DNA from: Candidatus Bathyarchaeota archaeon | Lineage (GTDB): Archaea > Thermoproteota > Bathyarchaeia > Bathyarchaeales > Bathycorpusculaceae | Direction of reading: 5' to 3' | Assembly: GCA_018396675.1 (NCBI GenBank) | Contig: JAGTQX010000004.1 | Span: 3,697 to 67,696 of the forward strand | Length of the DNA: 64,000 nt | Part shown: positions 58,590 through 64,000 of the stretch, in pieces | How positions within the stretch are numbered: the stretch's first letter is position 1 | How the letters are laid out: the number at the start of each line of letters is the position of its first letter | The notes under the pieces: generated by a model | Database searches by the model: none | Told to the model about the DNA's origin: nothing | What the model saw: the letters and a program-made list of their open reading frames with translations, nothing else | Position numbers and translations under genes: made by a program

Positions 58590-60284
58590 ATGAAAAAGAC
58601 TGCAGTTGCAAGTCTATTCGTAACTCTATTAATAATTACAATCGTTTGTGCTTCATTTTTTACGGCAGAAGCTTGCCATCCTCCACCAGACAAAAAGCCA
58701 CCAAAAATCCGTCAAGTTCTCCAATATCCAACAGACCCGGAATATGAAGACAGCGTTTTTGTTTTGGCGTATATTACTGATTCAAAAAGCGGAGTAGCGA
58801 ATGCAACTGTAAAATGTATGATTAACGGAGAAGAAAGACTGGAAATAGGGATGAATAAGTCTGGTGATTTGTATTATGCAGAGATTCCACCACAACCGTA
58901 TAACTCGACGGTTACATACGTGGTTTATGCTTGCGACAAAGCTGGAAACAAAGCAAACTCCGCCGAATACGCTTATACCGTCAATGATTTTCATCCTCCG
59001 ATAATAACTTACATTAAACAAATCCCAAATCAACCAAACTACAACGAAACGGTGTCGGTAATTGCAAACGCAGAAGAACCGACATTTGCAAGCGGCATCA
59101 AAGAGTTAACGCTAGATTATAATAATGGCACGGAGTGGACACAAGTTAAAATGAGCTACAACGGAACGTTTTACACGACAACTATACCGACTCACCCATA
59201 CGGAACAAACATTCAGTACACAGTACACGCATTTGACAACGCTGGAAACACTGCAACGTTAGACATTTACTCTTACACGGTTACAGACAATTTTCCACCA
59301 GTCATCGCCATCCTAAACCTAAACAACGGAAGCGTGCTTGCCAGAGCAATAGAGGTCACCGTGCAGGTTCAAGATTTTAATCTCTTAAATGCAAAACTTA
59401 TGATGGATGAGACGGTTCTAGCCAAATGGAACATGACGGGAACGTTCACATGCCCGTTGGATACCCGACTTTTTGAAGACGGTTCGCATGTTTTAACTCT
59501 GGAAGCGGTTGATGAAGCAGAAAACTTTGCTAAGCAAATAATAACTGTAACCGTGGATAACACAATGCCGACAGCGCGGATACTTAAGCCGCTGAACAAC
59601 GCCTATCTGAGCGGCATCGTCCTTTTCGAGGTTCAAGCGGAAGATGCAAACTTCCAACGAATAGAGTTCAGGATAGGCGATTTATTCCATGTTTGGAAAG
59701 TGGAGAATTATGTTTACGCTTGGAACACCACAGAGTATAATGACGGCGTGTATGAAGCCGTTTTAACAGCAGTTGACAAAGCTGGAAACAAAGCAGAAGA
59801 CAAAGTAAGGGTTACAGTTGACAACACAGCACCCATAATAGTTAACGTTTCATGGACACCGCTTAAACCAACAACAAATGAGACGGTTAAAGTCTCTGCT
59901 CAAATCGCGGAAAACGGAAGCGGCATAAAAACAGTCACTCTATGGTTTAGGCAGCTTGGCAGCGAATGGCAAAACACACTTATGACTCTGGAGAACGGAA
60001 ACTGGACAGCCGTGATTCCCGAATACATGGAAAACGCCACAATAACATTTTACGTAAAATGCAGCGATTATTCAGGAAACATTGCATACTCAACAGAGAA
60101 TTATTACATTGTCGAGAAAACAGAATCAGAGCCGGGCACTGCTGGTTTCTTTGGCATTCCGTTATACTGGCTACTGTTAATAATAATAGCCATCTTTGCT
60201 GTTTCAGCCTCGACAGCATATGTTCTGTGGAAGAGGAGACGAGGCAGAGGAACCACAACTTATTTAGCCATAACAAGTTTATGA
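58590..60284 (+). CDS. Secreted, C-terminally anchored protein with tandem Ig-like repeats
   Basis: Signal peptide; repeats D..PP.I...P..P...E.V.V.A...SG...A.D.AGN; C-terminal TM plus KRRRGR. Confidence 0.82.
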   Translation: MKKTAVASLFVTLLIITIVCASFFTAEACHPPPDKKPPKIRQVLQYPTDPEYEDSVFVLAYITDSKSGVANATVKCMINGEERLEIGMNKSGDLYYAEIPPQPYNSTVTYVVYACDKAGNKANSAEYAYTVNDFHPPIITYIKQIPNQPNYNETVSVIANAEEPTFASGIKELTLDYNNGTEWTQVKMSYNGTFYTTTIPTHPYGTNIQYTVHAFDNAGNTATLDIYSYTVTDNFPPVIAILNLNNGSVLARAIEVTVQVQDFNLLNAKLMMDETVLAKWNMTGTFTCPLDTRLFEDGSHVLTLEAVDEAENFAKQIITVTVDNTMPTARILKPLNNAYLSGIVLFEVQAEDANFQRIEFRIGDLFHVWKVENYVYAWNTTEYNDGVYEAVLTAVDKAGNKAEDKVRVTVDNTAPIIVNVSWTPLKPTTNETVKVSAQIAENGSGIKTVTLWFRQLGSEWQNTLMTLENGNWTAVIPEYMENATITFYVKCSDYSGNIAYSTENYYIVEKTESEPGTAGFFGIPLYWLLLIIIAIFAVSASTAYVLWKRRRGRGTTTYLAITSL

Positions 60285-60301
60285 GATAATGCCGTATTGA
60301 A

Positions 60302-60814
60302 GTGAAGCTGTTGCCGTTCACGCCATTCCATTTAGGACCAGCTCTTCTTTTTGGTTTAGCATTTCTTTCTGTTTTTGACTTGCCGACGCTTTTACTGGCA
60401 AGCGTTATTTCAGACATTGAACCATTCTGTGTCGTATTTTTCAATGTAACTGGGTATCCGCTTCACGGTTTTTTCCATTCATACCTTGGCGCGTCAATAT
60501 TGGCTTTTCTAATGCTACTAATTATTTACCCGTTTAGACACATGCTAAATCGTATAACGGAAGCGTTTAGCATTCCTCAAAAACAATCACTCAAGAAGAC
60601 TCTGTTTACGTCTTTTGTGGGCGTTTATTCACATGTGCTTTTAGATTCCTTTCTTTACATTGAAATGATGCCTTTTTATCCGTTGCAGGGAAACCCCTTC
60701 ATTCACGTTCTTTCTTCTTTCGGAAGTTACGAGGTAATCTACGGATTTTGCGGCATAGCGTTTATTCTGAGCGTTTTATTGTATGTTTGTAGGTTAATGC
60801 TTGCCAAAAAGTAA
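60302..60814 (+). CDS. Membrane-bound metal-dependent hydrolase-like protein
   Basis: PFTPFH, DIEP, LHGFFHS, SHVLLD, PFYP. Confidence 0.8.
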   Translation: MKLLPFTPFHLGPALLFGLAFLSVFDLPTLLLASVISDIEPFCVVFFNVTGYPLHGFFHSYLGASILAFLMLLIIYPFRHMLNRITEAFSIPQKQSLKKTLFTSFVGVYSHVLLDSFLYIEMMPFYPLQGNPFIHVLSSFGSYEVIYGFCGIAFILSVLLYVCRLMLAKK

Positions 60815-60885
60815 TGCGAAAGCGAAAGAGTTTAGAACCTAACAGCTAAATAGGCTTATTCGCTAGTATAGAGGGATAATCAGGA

Positions 60886-61785
60886 ATGGGCTACCGTGAA
60901 CTTTTTGTTTCCCAATCAAACTTTTTCAGCGGTTTCCAGAAAACCTTTGAAAAAGCGGATTACGCAATTTTAGGCGTGCCGTTCGATGTCACAAGCACAT
61001 ATAGAACCGGAGCAAGATTCGGCCCAGAGGCTATCCGAAGTGCTTCTTTAAACATTGAAACTTACAGCTTCAGAAGCGGCATCGACATTGAAGACCTACA
61101 ACTGCACGACTTGGGTAACTTGCACGTGTCCACAGAAACAACACAAACATTAGAGACACTTAAGAGAGTAATTGAGGAGCTTTCGGATGAAGAAAAAATG
61201 CCCATCCTAATTGGTGGGGAACACACCATTACGCTTGGCGTGTTGAAGGGGTTAGGTGAAAAAGCCTCGAAAACGGTTGTAGTGAGTTTTGATGCGCACC
61301 TTGACCTACGCGATGAGTTTATGGGACTAAAAATTTCGCACACAACTTTTATGCGCAGAATAAACGAGGAGACTAAACCAGCAAAAATAATCGAGGTTGG
61401 CACACGGGCAGTCTGCAGAGAAGAGTTAGACTATGCAAAAAAAGCTAAAATAGAGTTCATAACTGCCAGGCAAATAAGAGAAGACGGAGCGGAACACACA
61501 GCAAAAATTTTGAGAGAAAAACTTGCAGGCGCGCGAAACATTTACGTCTCCGTGGACATGGATGTTTTAGACCCTGCCTACGTTCCAGCAGTACAAAACC
61601 CGGAGCCAGACGGTTTGGAAACACACGTATTACTTGATATTTTGTGCGGCATATGCGACAAACGTGTTTTGGGCTTTGATGTTGTAGAAGTAGCGCCGAA
61701 CTATGACCAAGGAGTATCCGCCATACAAGCTGCAAGAATAATATTCGAAGCGTTATGCAGCATAGAAAAAGCGAGAAGAGATTAA
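60886..61785 (+). CDS. speB: Agmatinase
   Basis: GARFGP, GGEHTIT, FDAHLDLRD, SVDMDVLDP, DVVEVAP. Confidence 0.94.
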   Translation: MGYRELFVSQSNFFSGFQKTFEKADYAILGVPFDVTSTYRTGARFGPEAIRSASLNIETYSFRSGIDIEDLQLHDLGNLHVSTETTQTLETLKRVIEELSDEEKMPILIGGEHTITLGVLKGLGEKASKTVVVSFDAHLDLRDEFMGLKISHTTFMRRINEETKPAKIIEVGTRAVCREELDYAKKAKIEFITARQIREDGAEHTAKILREKLAGARNIYVSVDMDVLDPAYVPAVQNPEPDGLETHVLLDILCGICDKRVLGFDVVEVAPNYDQGVSAIQAARIIFEALCSIEKARRD

Positions 61786-61805
61786 GCTTCAATTTTCGCG
61801 ATTTT

Positions 61806-62090
61806 TTACTTTCTAACTCTTTTAACTGCAATCGTAACTTTTTGCCTGTCTGGGCAGCCCGAGGTAAACTCGTCCTTGTTTTCTTCCCATGGGAAAGCTC
61901 CGCCAAACTGCAAAGCAACCAGATACGGAAAAAGAGCATTATAAAAGAAACCGCAAACATTCGGAGCCCTAAAACTATTGTTCGTTCCTTCGGAATAAAG
62001 CGTCAAATCGAATTCTTCGCCGACATGATGTCCAGCCGAGCATTCACCGTCAACCCTTATGATTTTTCCAATCAACTTGCACTCTTTCAA
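61806..62090 (-). CDS. TIGR04076-family small Cys protein
   Basis: GECSAGHHVGEEF...C...YNALFP...LQFGG.FPW...CPD. Confidence 0.8.
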   Translation of the reverse strand: MKECKLIGKIIRVDGECSAGHHVGEEFDLTLYSEGTNNSFRAPNVCGFFYNALFPYLVALQFGGAFPWEENKDEFTSGCPDRQKVTIAVKRVRK

Positions 62091-62121
62091 CCACACTACC
62101 TCTAACAGTCCATACGATGAC

Positions 62122-63468
62122 TTATTCCCTTAACAATTTTGCGATAAAAAAGCCATTACACTCATGAATATGCGGATAAAGCCTTTGGCACTTATCCATT
62201 CCACGCAGTCCCGGAAGCCCTATTTTTGGCGTTATTTCCGCTAATCGAAATTCCGGGTTCCATTTCAAAAAGCGTTCAATCAACATTTCGTTTTCTTCTA
62301 CGGTTAAGCTGCACGTAGAATAGATCAGCGTGCCTCCGGGCTTGACTTTTTCAACGCAGTTTTCAAGCATTCGCCATTGTATTTCAGCCATTTTCTCAAT
62401 TGAACGCTGTGTAATCCTCCATTTGGCTGAAGGAAGCCTTGCAAAAGCGCCTGTGCTTGTGCATGGTGGATCAAGAACCACAACATCGGCCTTTACATTA
62501 ATCGGTAAGGGGTTACAAACATCAGCAATTATCGGTTCAGCTATTTCAATGCCCATCCTAGTAACTTCGTTTTTCCAAACGTTCATTCTACGCTTCGAAT
62601 AATCAAAAGAATACACAACGCCACGGTTCTGCATCAACTGCGCTAAATAGGAAGTCTTTGCACCAGGCGCTGCACAAACATCCAAAAGCACCATTCCCGG
62701 TTTAGGGTTTGCCGCTTCCGCAGCAAAGCAACTCGCCTTGTCCTGGATGTAAAACAAGCCTTCATGGAATCCTCCAACTCGAGTCAAAGGAAGTCTTGTG
62801 CCTAAAACCTTGTAAGCGTACTGCAACCCTTCAACTTTTTCAAGCTTGACACCCTCTTCAGCAAGCTTCTCCAAAATCTCATTTTCACCCGCTTTAATCG
62901 TGTTCAATCTTATGTAGGTTGGAGGTGTTTTCAAGTTTGCTTCCAGAAGGTTTATGGCTTCTCTTCTGCCGAAAAGTTTGAAACAGTACCGCACAAACCA
63001 TGTTGGATGAAAAGTCAGAAGTCCAACTTTCTCCTCGTCGCCAACACTATTCAGAATAGTCGACGGTGTTTCGGTTAAAAGCAAGCCAAGCGCGTGTTCA
63101 ACACCTTGAAGTGTCTTCCACCCTAAGATTGAACGTGCCAACCGCACAATATTTTTTGCTTCTTCAACGTCAATCTTTGACCAATTTTTGGCAACCCTCG
63201 TTTGGTAAACGTAAAGCCTAAGAAACGATTGGACGCCCAACGTGAACTCACTTAAAGCCTTGGGCTTCAAGACCTCGTTTATAAATCTGTCAATAAGGTT
63301 GCGCCGTCTAACAGTTTCACATAAAAGCCCATGGGCGAAGCGTAAAGTGTTAACATCGCTTATGTCAAGCTGCTTGGCGGTTCTAGCCAAGGCTAAATGC
63401 TCGTTAATCTTATCTTTCTCCATCCAACTTAAAGCCTCAATGGCAAGCATCCAAGCCTCTTTAAGCAA
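62122..63468 (-). CDS. RsmB/NOP2-family RNA m5C methyltransferase with NusB-like N-terminal region
   Basis: IQDKAS, DVCAAPGAKT, DPPCTSTG, YSTCS...ENE, GFFIAKL. Confidence 0.93.
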   Translation of the reverse strand: MLKEAWMLAIEALSWMEKDKINEHLALARTAKQLDISDVNTLRFAHGLLCETVRRRNLIDRFINEVLKPKALSEFTLGVQSFLRLYVYQTRVAKNWSKIDVEEAKNIVRLARSILGWKTLQGVEHALGLLLTETPSTILNSVGDEEKVGLLTFHPTWFVRYCFKLFGRREAINLLEANLKTPPTYIRLNTIKAGENEILEKLAEEGVKLEKVEGLQYAYKVLGTRLPLTRVGGFHEGLFYIQDKASCFAAEAANPKPGMVLLDVCAAPGAKTSYLAQLMQNRGVVYSFDYSKRRMNVWKNEVTRMGIEIAEPIIADVCNPLPINVKADVVVLDPPCTSTGAFARLPSAKWRITQRSIEKMAEIQWRMLENCVEKVKPGGTLIYSTCSLTVEENEMLIERFLKWNPEFRLAEITPKIGLPGLRGMDKCQRLYPHIHECNGFFIAKLLRE

Positions 63469-63550
63469 CAGTTATTCCCGCCAATTTTTACGAAGTTTAG
63501 TAAGATTTTAGTCTACCTTATTCATATTAAAAGTTAGGTTAAGAATAAAC

Positions 63551-64000
63551 ATGGCGCAGAGGCGACTAGACGAATTTTCAACACCTAAAGCTAGGACTAA
63601 ACCTCAAGAAGAGATTAAAAAAGAAGCAGAGACCTTGCCTCTTACAGAGGCTATGAAGAAAGAAAAAAACCGCGGCTTTCCACCGTTAGCCCTTGAAAAC
63701 CTTTCACCTTCATACTTTGTTTCTGCCAATTATGACGGCAAAGCCGGCAAAGTGCTAATCAAACTTTACGAGCCGGTTTCAGGGCGAATCTACTTCTGGT
63801 ACGACAACACTGGGCATAAACCATATTGTTACACAAACCTTTCACAGTATGAACTTGAAAAAATAGACAGGTTAATTAAGCATCCCGGTTTTGACCACTT
63901 TGAAATCGAGGAAAAGGTTGACCCGTTGCTGGATAAACCAGTTAAGGTGACAAAAATAGTTGCGAAAGACCCATTAGCCATTGGTGGACGTCCTCAAGGC
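63551..64000 (+). CDS. polB: Family B DNA polymerase PolB1, N-terminal part (runs off the window)
   Basis: Not in the ORF track. MAQRRLDEF...YFVSANYDGKAGKVLIKLYEP...WYDNTGHKPYC...TKIVAKDPLAIGG matches the TACK PolB1 N-terminus. Confidence 0.88.
   Translation, partial: MAQRRLDEFSTPKARTKPQEEIKKEAETLPLTEAMKKEKNRGFPPLALENLSPSYFVSANYDGKAGKVLIKLYEPVSGRIYFWYDNTGHKPYCYTNLSQYELEKIDRLIKHPGFDHFEIEEKVDPLLDKPVKVTKIVAKDPLAIGGRPQG

Overview
Gene-dense archaeal chromosomal segment. Gene content and style (archaeal ThrRS/ProRS, aMBF1, aeNAC, PolB1, prefoldin beta, GGTGA/GGAGG Shine-Dalgarno sites, many TTG starts, TackOD1-like and DUF3227-like proteins) suggest a TACK archaeon, most likely Bathyarchaeia; this is inferred, not confirmed. 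It holds about 66 CDS covering translation, amino-acid catabolism with two tungsten oxidoreductases (FOR-like, WOR5-like), a glycogen/GH57 cluster, pgk plus a bacterial-type GAPDH, a CoA-disulfide-reductase-like gene coupled to gcvH, an AT-rich type II restriction-modification pair, an ECF transporter, a type IV pilus operon and tandem moeA genes. Signals outside the ORF track: (1) a 28-bp dif-like site with a near-perfect bacterial XerD arm at 41350-41377, beside the RM module and near a local G/C-skew inversion; (2) a eukaryote-like 25-aa eL41 (eS32) gene that appears to start at AUC; (3) an hflX whose conserved N-terminus has no canonical start codon. The glycogen cluster also encodes two apparent pseudoenzymes and a small winged-helix protein. 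No tRNA, rRNA, CRISPR array, transposase or integrase was recognised. All family assignments come from motif recognition by eye; no database searches were run.
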